Source: Prorocentrum cordatum
Taxonomy: Eukaryota
Length of the DNA: 54,745 nt
Direction of reading: 5' to 3'
NCBI GenBank assembly: GCA_963575745.1
Contig: CAUYUJ010000219.1
Span: 62,001-116,745, forward strand
In this document: piece after piece, positions 35,944 to 47,479 of the stretch
How positions within the stretch are numbered: the first letter of the stretch is position 1
How the letters are laid out: the number at the start of each line of letters is the position of its first letter
Notes under the pieces: generated by a model
Database searches by the model: none
What the model saw: the letters and a program-made list of their open reading frames with translations, nothing else
What the model was told of the DNA's origin: nothing
Program-made: the position numbers and the translations under genes

Positions 35944-36735
35944 CCGTCCGCGACCGTGGCCGGGGTTGAAAGGTCCGAGGCTGTGATGTGAGTCAATGAT
36001 GCCTCGGCCGATGCACCTCTCCGCGCGGAAGGTGAGGATACATCGGCTGGAAATGAAATACTCTGTGACTTCTGGAGAGGCACGCCCCAAGAAATCGCGA
36101 CGTCGGGTGTCTGAGGGTGCGTTGGGCATGCTGGTGTCATCAGGATACCCCAGGCGAAGGGGAGTCACCCTCAGCAATATCGTAGGCGGGATTACACGAA
36201 AGCGGTCGCCCCATCTCATGCTTGCTCTCGCGCGCCCCGGTCACGTTTGAAGAACCAGTTGCTGGATCCTGTCCGGGGAACACGAAGCGCGACACCATTG
36301 GCGCCTGATATGATGCCTGCTGCCCGTGGCCATCTCTGGTGGCCCGGATCGACAATATGTCACGGAGGATACACCCGCTGGGCCTCCCACCCAGGCTCGA
36401 AGGCGACAGTCACACCAGGAGGAGCAGGGCGGCGGATAGGGGGGGGGCAAGGAAAGGGAGGCGAGAGGGCGAGAGGGCAGTGGCAAGGATGGGGTAACTG
36501 TCCACTCCTGCTGTGGCCTCTCCTTCCTCGACCTGGCCGTCCCCACTGCAGGAAGGAGGAGGCCGGGAGGCAGGCCAGGAGTGGGCAGCAGCCCGGGGCG
36601 TGCCGGAGGCACGGCGTCCGGCACCTCCGCGGAGACCTCGACGGCGCGAGAGAGCCCGCGCGTCGGGGAGCGAGCGAGCGAGCGCTCGCGCAGCCTGGGG
36701 AGCGGGGCGCCGCTCTCTGTGAGCACGAGGCTTCG

Positions 36736-36891
36736 GTCGGGCGTGTCCCCCTACAGGCGGATTCTCTTGACGAGAGATAAACATGTCAAGCAAGTGCCCC
36801 AGAATTCTCAGACATCGCCGAAAAATCGTCCCCGGACCGTTTTTGTTTTGACTGTTTTTGAAGATTCCTCCTGCAGAAGGACACGCCCGTC
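36736..36891. mobile_element. MITE family 'GTCGGGCGTG' copy 3
   Basis: gtcgggcgtgtccccctacagg ... cctgcagaaggacacgcccgtc(ttaa). Confidence 0.75.
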
Positions 36892-37790
36892 TTAACACTG
36901 GGTACACGGAAAAATACAAACACATCGGGGAACGGGGGAGAACGCACGGGCAGAGCCGAAGCGAACAACCCGGGAGACACCAACGGATGGGCCTGTGCAT
37001 GGCCACGGACGGAGCTGGCTGCGACGTGTGCGCGCCCCCCCGGCCAGACCACTCCCGCTCGAGTCTGGGAGCAGCGAAGCCACGAGGCCGGGCCCAGCCC
37101 GGCAGCTGGCGACGGTGAGGGCATCACATATGGAACCATTCGAGAAGGAGCCCAGGGTCTGGGAGGTGGTGGAGCCCCCGGTTGAAGCTTGGCCATGGGC
37201 ATCACCAACGCCCTCATCAGATGTGGCCTCCTGCAGGGTGTAGGACGCCCCCTGGGCGCAGTGCTTGACCACCGCCCCCACGGTGGCCAGGACGGCGCCC
37301 TGGCTCTCCACCGCCCAGAGCCTGCCGGCTCAGAGACCCCCCTGGCCTGGCCAAGTTCAGGAAACGCCTCCGCGGCGGAAGCTCCACCCATCGGGGGCCT
37401 CTCGTCGGCGGCCTGGCGAGGCCGACTCGTCCCCGACGCGGCCGGCGTTGCTGCAGCGCCTGCGGCGAGGCCGCAGAGTGCCAACTTCGGGCTGGCTTGC
37501 CGAGGTGAGCGCCCTCTGCGCTGCCGCTGACCAGCTTGCGCGCCGCGCCGCACCCGGGACTCCACCCGACAAGGGCGAGGAGGAAGGAACGAGGATGTGG
37601 GCCTCGCTGCACGGGCTACAGCCCAGTCCTCGTCGTCGTCCCCGCCGTACTCGTCGTCAACGCCCTCGTCGTCGTTGTGCTCGTCGTCGTAGTTGTCATC
37701 GTCGTCGGCCTCGTCGTCAACGTCGCCGTCGTCGTCAGCGTACTCGACGCCACCCTCGCCGAAGCCGACTCTGCCGTTGTCTTCGTCGTT

Positions 37791-37843
<53 letters not shown>

Positions 37844-38134
37844 TGTCCGCGTCGTCGTCTGTCTGGGGCTCCAGCAGGCAGCCTCCCCCCGAGGAGGAGG
37901 AGGAGGAGGAGAAGGAGGAGGAGGAGGAGGAGGGAGAAAGGAGGAGGAGGAGGAGGAGGAGGAGGAGGAGGAGGAGGAGGAGGAGGAGGAGAGGGGAGGA
38001 GAGGGGAGGAGGAGGGAGGAGGAGGAGGAGGAGGAGGAGGAGGAGGAGGAGGAGGAGGAGGAGGAGGAGAGGAGGAGGAGGAGGAGGAGGGGAGGAGGAG
38101 GAGGAGGAGGAGGAGGAGGCCCGGAGATCCCCTC

Positions 38135-38205
38135 CGTCGCGGCCACGTCGCCGCCGTTGGTCCAGCCGCCCCGCGCGCCGAGCGCGCAGAAGGCCACGTC
38201 CACTC
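38135..38205 (-). CDS. TIP30/HTATIP2-like gene exon
   Basis: ctcag|GA GTG: (G)VDVAFCALGARGGWTNGGDVAAT. DVAFCALG is the signature of TIP30/CC3/YraR-like atypical SDRs. Confidence 0.88.
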
Positions 38206-38312
38206 CTGAGGGCCGGCCGCGGCCGCCGCCGCTGGGCGGCCACCGCCGGCCGCCGCTGGCCGCCCCCGCGGCAGGCGTTGCTGCAGATGGCTGGGCGCAA
38301 CCCTACAGTGGA

Positions 38313-38571
38313 CCCTGACTCCAGATCCGCCCTACTTTGGGGAAATTCGTAAGTAGGGCTTGGAATTTCCGCCTTACTTTTCAAGCCCCGCTGATGCCAA
38401 TTTCCGCCCTACTTTTCTGTTGTTGTTTCCGCCCTACTTCTGTGGATGTTCGCCCCATTTTATGTTGGGTGCAGAAATTTCCGCCCTACTTTTTCGGCTC
38501 CTTATAGGTGGATTTCCGTTGCAATTTAAAGTTGGAAAAACAGCCAAAGTAGGGCGGATCTGGAGTCAGGG
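38313..38571. mobile_element. CCCTGAC-terminal MITE copy 2 (opposite orientation), 2-bp TSD GA
   Basis: ga|ccctgactccagatccgccctactttgg ... ccaaagtagggcggatctggagtcaggg|ga. Confidence 0.88.
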
Positions 38572-39260
38572 GAGGCCGGTCCACAAGAAACCTTCCACGA
38601 GAAACCCAGCCCTGAGACTTCAGGGCGTCCACTGATTTTTGAAGCGGGGGCGTCACGCTCCCCATGGAGAGCCATCGAGATCCAAGAGACCCGGGGCACC
38701 CTGGAGGCAAGCAGGGCGTGTCTTGGCATGGGTCTCCACTGTAGGTGGCCCTGACCCGACCAAGGCCAACGCAACAAACAACAAATGATTGGCAGATCTT
38801 TCAGAGTACCCTTTTGCAAAAACGTGCTTCTGTGAAAGCTGCCGGTGGCACTCCGCATGCGCACGGCCCCGCCTTCAGCAAGCGACCCCAGCGGGGTGGC
38901 TGTAATCGACACCCAGAAACAGGCGGAACGTACCTGGCGAAACAAACACCGATTAGCGAAACCGACTGGCAGCTGCACCAGCACATTCCAATGCCAATTT
39001 CGAGTGAACCGATGCAGACCTCCTCGGTCGATGTGTCTGTGTGTGCGGGAGCTCTCTCAATGGCCGACAGAAAACATGAGCATATAAACTGCCGAAGGCC
39101 CGCGGATCCTGGCTTCTCATGGGCGGCCCAGCTGGCCTGCAGAGCTCAGGGCCTCCTGAAACCAGGACACTGTTGACCAGGGTTCTGAAAAGTCCACCTG
39201 GGAAAAAATCCTAGGATGATATTGGGAATGTCCTCCTACAAGGGGATTTCGGACGACATA

Positions 39261-39654
39261 TTCCTATTCCTACATTTTATTACATGGGCCCCCACCCCTA
39301 CCCCCACCCCAAAGCGGACCCCCCTCCCCCATGGACGCTCCGGACGCTCTTTCGGACGCGTCGGCGGCCCCCTTGAACGCCTTTGGAGAAGGTTCGGTGG
39401 CCTTTCCAGGCCTCCCAGGGCGCCTTGCTGGACCTTGCGAACCGACTCAAGGCGATCAGAGGGGTCGTCGGAGAGGCGCAAGAGAGACCCAAGACAGCAC
39501 AAGAGTGCTCCAAGAGGAACCTCGATGGTCTGAAGACGGCCCAGGAGGCCCCCAAGACACCTCGAGAGGCCATTAAGAGAGCCCCGGAAAATCCCGACTC
39601 GTCCAATTCCCTCAAGATGTGTGTACACATACATACATACATACATACATACAT

Positions 39655-39705
<51 letters not shown>

Positions 39706-40554
39706 TACATACATACATCGATTGCATACCCGATTTGGGGGTCTTCGCATCGTCCAAGACGGCCCAATGGGCCCCCAATATCGCCCCAAGGCGGCCCAAG
39801 ATGCCCCCCAGATGGTTTGAAGGCTGCCCAAGAGGGCCCCATGACTGCCCCAGAGAGCCCCGAAACTGCCCACAAAAAGCCCAAGATGCCCCTGGAAGGC
39901 CCCCAAGAGAGACCCACGAAAGCCACGGGATACCTCCAAGAAGGCCACTGGAGGCCCGCAAGAGGGCCCTAGATGGCTTCAGAAGACCTCTGGAGGGCCC
40001 CAGCTCCCCAAGACGGCCCAAGAAGCCCCCAGGACGGCCCAAGAGGGCCCCAGGACGGCCCAAAAGAGCCCCAAAAACGCCCAGACGGCGTTCTCCCACG
40101 AAATACATCGAGCTGACCCGACGAGCTTGGTTCCACGCTTGAGGCTCGAGGTTTAAGTTCCTCGATCGAAAAAGACAGGCAATGGATCGAGATTCGAAGC
40201 TCGACGACCAAAGATTTCTTGAGTGTCCGGGGCCCTCCAGGCATTCAGGAAGCGACCAAATATCGATATGTTCGGAGCTACTGCGAGTTTTTCGGCGTGT
40301 TGTGGGAACGCTCGTTTCTTCCACAAAGGACCTCCGCGCGTGAAAAAATCACCTATCCTTCCCAACTCCTGCGCACAAGCGTGCAAGCGCATCGGCCGAA
40401 CGCGGCGTCAGCAGGCACCAGGGATATCGGAAAAATGAGCTGGTCGCCCGCCCAGGCCTCGAGGTCCCCCTTGTTGAAGTAAGCGATGACTTATTGCTTT
40501 GCCAGGGAAACGCCCGGAACAAGGCGCATGGCGCGAAACGCCAATGCAGTCTTG
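39261..40554 (+). mobile_element. Non-autonomous Helitron-like element copy 2
   Basis: A|TTCCTATTCCTACATTTTATTA at the 5' end, internal CCCAAGA repeats and (CATA)/(CAGA)n, 3' hairpin tggcg-cgaaa-cgcca, then atgcagtCTTG|T. Confidence 0.65.
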
Positions 40555-40616
40555 TATGTGTATATATATATATGTATTCAAACAAATAGTCGAGAAGCTG
40601 TCCCCGGACTATTTGT

Positions 40617-42911
40617 CCCAAACATCCTGTGGTGTTGGGTCCTCGTTTTGTAAAGACAACACCCCACGTCACTCCTCCTCCTCCTCCTCCTCCTCCTCCT
40701 CCTCCTCCGTCCCCTCCCTCCTTTTCTCAGCATCCGCATCAGCATCCTCCTTCTCATCATCAGCATCATCGATATCGTAGTCATCATCATCAGCATCGCC
40801 ATCATCACCGTCATCTGCATTGTCGCCGCCAGCATCATTACCGCCAGCATCATCATATCCTCCTCCTCCTCAGCATCATCATCATCATCGTCGGTGCACC
40901 CATCACGATGACCGTGGCCCCATAGGGAGCTCCACCGAAGGTCCCAGTGGCGCATCCGGCATGCGTCACGCACACCCACTTCGGCACACCCCTCACACGT
41001 TTCGTGACCCCATACATCCCCAGGACGAAAGTGTTTGTTCCTATTGGGCCCGGAGCGAAGGTTTGAGGTCTTGAGCAGACGCGTGTGAGATCTGAGATAC
41101 CCACCGTCGGATCCAATGAATTTCGCTCGAGTCCAATTTCGGTTGTGGCTTGTGTTTCGGTGGATCCGGTTTCTGTCTGCGCGGTTCCGATTTCGGATTT
41201 GCCCGGATCCGCGTCCGACCCCTAGTTTTTACGGCGGATCCGATTTCTACCCTGTTTGAAATTTAGACTGTTAAAACAGGTGGCTGGAAGAAATCGGATC
41301 CGCGGACCCCGCAAACCGCCCGTGTTAAGATTCTCAGGGGGAGGGGGGTTCTGTAATCAACTTTCCACGATGGGCCCTGCGTCGTCTCGCGCACTCCCAT
41401 CAACTCCCCGCGCGAACGGGCCCCATTCAACATGAATACATACATCCCTCTCCCCCCGGTTGCTGCAAACAGCTCGTCCGGTCGCCGTCCGTTCGGCGGC
41501 GCCGACGTTGTCTCGCGAACTCCTCGTGGTCATTTTCACCTCAAGAGGGAAATCTTTCGTCCTCCGTAAGTAGGGAGCTCCACCGAAGGTCCCAGTGGCG
41601 CTGCCAGCATGCGTCACGCACACCCATTTCGGCACACCCCTCACACGCTTCGTGGCCCTGTAGGGGGCTCCACCGAAGGTCCCAGTGGCGCGGCCCGCAT
41701 GCGTCACGCACACCCATTGCGGCACAACCCTCACACGCTTCGTGGCCCCATAGGGAGCTCCACCGAAGGTCCCAGTGGCGCAGCCCGCATGCGTCAAGCA
41801 AACCAATTCGGCACACCCCATCACACGTTCCGTGGCCCCATAGGGAGCTCCACCGAAGGTCCCAGTAACGCAGCCCGCATGCGTCACGCACACCGATTTC
41901 GGCACACCACTCACGTTTCGTGGCCTCGTAGGGAGCTCCACCGAAGGTCCTAGTTGCGCAGCCCGAATGCGTCACGCACACCCATTGCGGCACACCCCTC
42001 ACATGCCTCGTGGCCCCATAGGGAGCTCCACCGAAGGTCCCAGTGGCGCAGCCGGCATGCGTCACGCACACCGATCTCGGCACACTCCTCACACGTTGCG
42101 TGGCCCCATATGGAGCTCCACCGAAAGTCCCAGTGGCGCAGCCCGCATGCGTCACGCGCACCCATTTCGGCACACCCCTCACACGTTTCGTGGCCTCATG
42201 GGGAGCTCCACCGAAGGTCCCAGTGGCGCAGCCCGCATGCGTCACACACACACACACACACATTGCGGCACACCCCTCACGCGTTTCGTTGCCCCATAAG
42301 GAGCTCCGCCGAAGGTCCCAGTGGCGCAGCCCGCATGCGTCACGCACACCCATTTCGGCACACTCATCACACGCTTCGTGGCCCCATAGGGAGCTCCACC
42401 GAAGGTCCTAGTGGCGCAGCCCGCATGTGTCACGCACACCCATGTCGGCACACCCCTCACACGCTTCGTGGCCCCATATGGAGCTCCGCCGAAGGTCCCA
42501 GTGGCGCAGCCCACATGCGTCACGCACACCCATGTCGGCACACCTCTCGCACGTTTCGCGGCCCCACAGGGAGCTCCACCGAAGGCCCCACCGTCCGCAT
42601 GCGTCCGCCACAGCCATGTCGGCGCACGCCCCACACGTTTCGTGGCCCCATAGCGAGCTCCACCGGATGCCTCCGTGTCGCCGACCGCATGCGTCCGCCA
42701 CACCAACTTCGGCACACAATTCACACGTATCGTGGCCCCATACGGAGCTCCACCGAATGCCCCAGCCACCGCCCGCATGCGTCCGCCTCACAGATTTCGG
42801 CACACCCCTCACACGTTTCGCGGCCCCACAGGGAGCTCCACCGAACACGGTATTCACAATTGCGGTTCGCACAGTTGCATATGTTTGGGTCCTTCGCCAG
42901 GCTGATTTGGG
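40617..42911 (+). mobile_element. CCC...GGG-terminal element carrying a 90-bp satellite (14 tandem units at 41572-42846 plus one at about 40914-41013)
   Basis: Termini cccaaacatcctg / caggctgatttggg. Unit starts are spaced about 90 bp (41581, 41671, 41761, 41851...). The element splits a GTCGGG-family MITE. Confidence 0.8.
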
Positions 42912-43130
42912 ACTATTCTTGACTATTCCTCCTGCAGAGGGACAGGCCCGACTTCATCCCAGGAGTGGAGGAAGAGTTTCGGCCCGCGGCTGCGGCTTTC
43001 TCTCGGGCGCGCCAGTGCCCTGGCATCTCACAAACTCCCCGCTTATCGCGGGCCCATGAGGAGCAACATCGGGGGGCCCCTGGCAAGAGGCCCCTCGCGA
43101 CGACCGGGGCGACCCAGGAGCCCTCCATAG

Positions 43131-43358
43131 AGGCCTCCTGGATGGGGTCCGAGTAGATGGGATCGAAGGATCGCGCCACATCGCCAATGCATCGCCGATG
43201 TATCGGCGATGCATCGGCGATGCATCGGTGACGTCGGCAATGCATCGGCGACGTCGGCGTGGGGAAACACGGTCTCCACATCGATCCGCATCGTCGATGC
43301 ATCGACGATGCGGCGCGATCCTCCGAACCCATCTACTCGGACCCTTTCTAGGAGGCCT
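43131..43358. mobile_element. Foldback/MITE with imperfect arms of about 60 bp and GCATCGGCGAT internal repeats
   Basis: aggcctcctggatggggtccgagtagatggg.. / ..cccatctactcggaccctttctaggaggcct, flanked by ag on both sides. Confidence 0.8.
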
Positions 43359-44569
43359 AGACTCCAGCAGGGTGGTAGAATCCTGGAGTAGGAAGGAGGA
43401 TCAAGTAATGAGGTAGGGTTGTTTTTGTTGCCCTCCCAGAGAAGAACAAACCATGTCCAAACCATGCCGACTCTTGAGGTAGGAAGGCGCTCGAAGCAGA
43501 TTGGGATCCGGGGATCCAGGAATGCCTGCTTTCAGCGACCAGCGTGGACCTCCTCCCACCAGGTTGAGCTCCGGGGCGGTGCTGCAGATGCCGCTGGGGC
43601 GCCCGCATGCCGGCGCGAGGCAGGAGGGAGGGCGGGGGAGCGCGAGCCACCGGCCGAGGATCGCGAATGGACCCGTGGAGTACAGCACAGTAAGTACAGG
43701 TGCCGAGGTATATACAAGTGGCATCGATCGGTGCAGGTAAGTACAGGTAAGTACATGTAAGTACAGGCAAGTACAGTAAGTACGTTCTCCCTGGTACCGA
43801 GGTATATACAACTGGCCTCGATCGGCATCCATTGATTTTTTCTGGGGGGGACAGATCAAAAATAGTTATTCGGATGCGAATTAATGGCAGTCGGGATCCG
43901 GGGGGGGAGGGGGGTCATCATTTTTCCAACCTGTTTTGGACATTACAGCACAGTACAGTGCAGTACAGTAGGGGCGGCATCAGCCCGGGAACTGAAAGAC
44001 CAAAGACTACAGACGAGAGAAAGTTCAACGATAGCAGCGCTGGCGCCGCCAGCTTGACGCCATCGTGCCATCGCGTAGCAACAAAGTCGCGGGCGGCACG
44101 AGTACGAGTGCGGCTCTTTGAACCAGCACTGTTGTACAACCGCCGCTCCTCGAGCCAGGAGGAGGCTGGAGGAGGCTGGAGGAGGATGTGGAGGGGGAGT
44201 GGGAGGAGGGGAAACCGGGGGAGGGTGAGGGAGGAAGCTCGAGGACATCCAAATGCGTCACACGCCCTCGATCCACGAGCCTGCATGCTCCGTCTGATTC
44301 CCTTCGGCTATATGGTCGTACAGACGATCCTTCGCCTACTCCTCCTCCTCCTCTTCCTCCTCCTCCTCCTCCTCCTACTCCTCCTCCTCCTCCTCCCCTT
44401 GCTCCATGCCTACTCCGAACAACTCCTCCCTGTCGCACCCCCAGACATGTCGGTAGGGCACGCTGGGCACTTCGCCAGAGGGTTCCGCATGACTCATGGC
44501 CCTGGAGCTTGAGACTTTCAACAGCTTCAAGGGTGGAGCACAAGCCGTTTTCAAAAGGAAGTTCTGGCC

Positions 44570-45045
44570 GTAGCGACGCACACATTCGTCTTCAAAGTTT
44601 GCAGCATCTGAGAAGATGGACGGAGGGTAGATTTCGACATGTGACTCTCGCCTTAGCGCGGCGCGCAGTCGCCTTGAAAATTCACGACAGTTTCAAAGAA
44701 GGAAGGGGGTCGATTTGAAAATGTGGCTCTCGCCTTAGCGCCGCGCACACTCGTCTCAAACGTATGCGACATGTTCAAAGATGGAAGATGATCCTTTCAA
44801 AATGTGACCCTCGCCTTGGAGCCGTGCACACTCGTCTTATGAAACGTTTGCGGAAGCTTCGAGGATGGGGGATGGCTCATTGTGATCGCGTAACCCTCGC
44901 CTTCGCGCCACGCGCACTCGTCTTGAAAAAGTGGGTCAGTTTTGGCGATGGGTGGTGGTTCCTTGGGATATTGCGCTCTCGCCTCAATGCCGCGCACGTG
45001 CGTGTTAGCAAGTCGTAACAGCTTCAAGGACGGAAGATGGTTCCT
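44570..45045. repeat. Diverged tandem repeat with a period of about 82 bp (about 6 units)
   Basis: Core CTCGCCTT..GCGC.CACTCGTCTT at 44647, 44729, 44810, 44896 and 44978. Confidence 0.75.
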
Positions 45046-45443
45046 TTTCATGTTTTCCCCCGCGCACCGGAACCAAGCCCGGCCAGCATATCCCCTGGAC
45101 GGCGCACCCGGACGACGTTGCGCCAGGAGGGCCGGGCGAATATCTGCGCAGCCCGCAGGCCGAGTCAACTACGCTGGACCGCCAAGAGTTGGCCGCCTGG
45201 CGCCACGAGGAGCGGCAGAAGCGGCGAAGGGGACGGGCGCAGAGAGGGCGGGGGGGCCAAGAGATCAGCAACAGAGGTTTTGTGTAGACGAGTAGGTTGA
45301 GTTGCATCAGGAGCTTCCGCTCACATGGTCCAACAGCCTGAGATCGGCTTGTTCCTCGAGCTATGTTCGAAAAGCTTTTCGAGCGACAGCCGGGCGGGCG
45401 TGCGCAGAGAAGCAACATCTCGCGCGCGCGCGCAGACCGCAGC

Positions 45444-45488
45444 CCCCCCGGAGCACTGCCCGGAGGGCTGGCTCGCAGAGGAAGAGCC
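45444..45488 (-). CDS. TIP30/HTATIP2-like gene exon
   Basis: cgcgag|GG CTC..: xLFLCEPALRAVLRG(G). A G|GC donor in phase 1 joins 38205 to give AVLRGGVDVAFCALG. Confidence 0.7.
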
Positions 45489-45566
45489 CTCGCGAGCCGA
45501 TGCGGCGTGAGGGAGCCGGGCCGCCCGCCCAGCGCGAGGGGGCCAAGTCAGACGGGCGGAAGATGG

Positions 45567-45751
45567 CACTCCAGATTTCGTAATAAAGGGAGAGGGGGGT
45601 CTCATTTCGGGGGGTGGTCTCTTCCAGGCCATCTTGGAGGGCCTGGGGGGTCTGGGGACGATGTTTTGGAGGATTCTCCCACGGGGGAGGTCTGAAATGG
45701 CTTGTCTTGGAGGGTCCATACCCCCTCCCTTTTATTACAAAATCTGGAGTA
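45567..45751. mobile_element. CACTCC-terminal MITE (second subfamily)
   Basis: cactccagatttcgtaataaagggag / ctcccttttattacaaaatctggagta. Confidence 0.75.
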
Positions 45752-45950
45752 CCTTTTCACAAGTCGGTTCTCGCTGGGGCCTTCTTCCCACTGTAAAAGC
45801 CAGGAGCTTGAACACACATTACGCAATCTGCCCGTGTGGAGGGCGGCTCTTTGTTCAACATACGGGTAATACTGTCAACTTCCTCGGCATCCATGACCAG
45901 AAAACTTCCTCCAGAATCCTTTAAACCTCCTCGTGTACCGTGTGCATCAG

Positions 45951-46250
45951 CTCTACCGTACGTCGACGAAATGTTGCACCACTTTTGCCACGCATTGTCA
46001 GCTATATTGCATTGCTCCTCCCCCCCCTCCCCCTGATCTTAATATTGGGCACATGGCAAAGGTCCTTTGGCGCCCCCCCCAGGGCTCGCGACAGAATGTT
46101 GCACCACCGAGCTGTTTCGATGAACCCGGGACCGCAGCCAATGTTAAGATGGGGGGGAGGGGGGGGTGGAAGCGAACATCCATTGCAAAATCGGCTTGCT
46201 TTCTTGACAACACCAGGTGGTGCAACATTTTGCCGATGTGCCGTACAGAG
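45951..46250. mobile_element. MITE-like element with AATGTTGCACCAC inverted motifs
   Basis: aaatgttgcaccac near the left end and gtggtgcaacattt near the right end, plus an internal copy. Confidence 0.55.
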
Positions 46251-47479
46251 GGATGTTTTTTTCGACGCGGAGATATCGCTGGACACCCCGTTGAACTGTT
46301 TTTGTTTTTCTCCCCCAGCGAACACAAGCACACGATGCCCGTCCATGGGCAAGACCAGCTCGACTGAGCGCCAAATTCGCTTCCCTTCAAAGGGGGCTAT
46401 AACCGCGCTCACATATGACTCGATAGCGGCAGGGCTGTAAACTGGCCGGCCGGGTAAACGTCACCACATTCAGGGAGGAAGGGGAGAAGGACGAGGACGA
46501 GGAGGGAGGAGGGGGAGGGGGAACGGGCGGACAAGTTAGTGTAGTCTCTAAGCCATCCCAGCTCGGATGACCTACAAAACGAGCACGCTGAAATGTAAAG
46601 AGCGTGCAGGAAATCCCCAACGGCATGAGACTGGCAAGGCAAAGAGTTGCACCCCAATGGCAACTGATAGACTGAGTGGTGGATGAGGCTGTCCACACGG
46701 ACAAGCCACGTGGAGGCGGCAAGCCAGCGAAGGCAGCGCGGGCTGGCAACGGCTCACGGGAGGAAGCGGGAGACAAGACCGGCCGGCACGTCATTAGCCC
46801 ACCCCCGCGCGCAGCCGGCGCAATCGCCAATTCTTCGCACAGGAGCGGCCACCCCAGCGCACTGCGTGCCACGTCCCCGGGACTGGAAGAGGAGGAGGAG
46901 GAGGAAGCGGGAAGGAGGGGAGAAGGAAAAGAGGGGAGAGGAAGGAACAAATGGACGGCACAGCAGTGCTACACGCGCTGAGAATTTTTCACTGCCACTT
47001 TAGTCATAGACTGCTCATGTTCAGGCTTGCTCGAAGTGAGATCTGCACCGGGGGGGGGGCTGTGGGCGGACAAATCGTGCCCCCCCCCTGCCGGAATGGC
47101 TCCAGTGACTGCACGCTCGGAACGAGCGCACTGGGCCTCCCCAGCCGCGGATGGACCTGCCGGCGCGGAGCCGCCGATCGGCGCCACGACTCAGAGGGAG
47201 AGGGACGAAGCGGAGGGAGAAGGAACGGAAGGGAGGAGGGCGACGGCACGCCCAGAACGGGCGTTCTCGGCGCTCTCGGCCCCCACGGCCGCGAAGCTTT
47301 CCGCGCGCGAGCGCAACGGGGCATGCCAGATGAAACGGGCAGCGCGAAAACAAAATGTACATACGAGCTAGTGACACTGCAAGCCTGGTGGTCGCGACAC
47401 ACTGCCTGGAGCAAAACGGCGGGCTGGACAACGTAAACATGGACGCACGGGGGGGGGAAGGAGGAATCGGCACTACAGT

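Noticed and set aside
37195..37225. Hammerhead ribozyme core (CTGATGAG followed by a hairpin on the minus strand; also at about 1200)
   Set aside because: There is no GAAA after stem II and no closing stems.
41572..42846. CRISPR-like array, or a 30-aa repeat protein (VCVTHAGCATGTFGGAPYGATKRVRGVPKW)
   Set aside because: Whole units repeat with no unique spacers and there are no cas genes. Indels shift the frame between units, so the open frames only reflect a stop-poor 90-bp unit.
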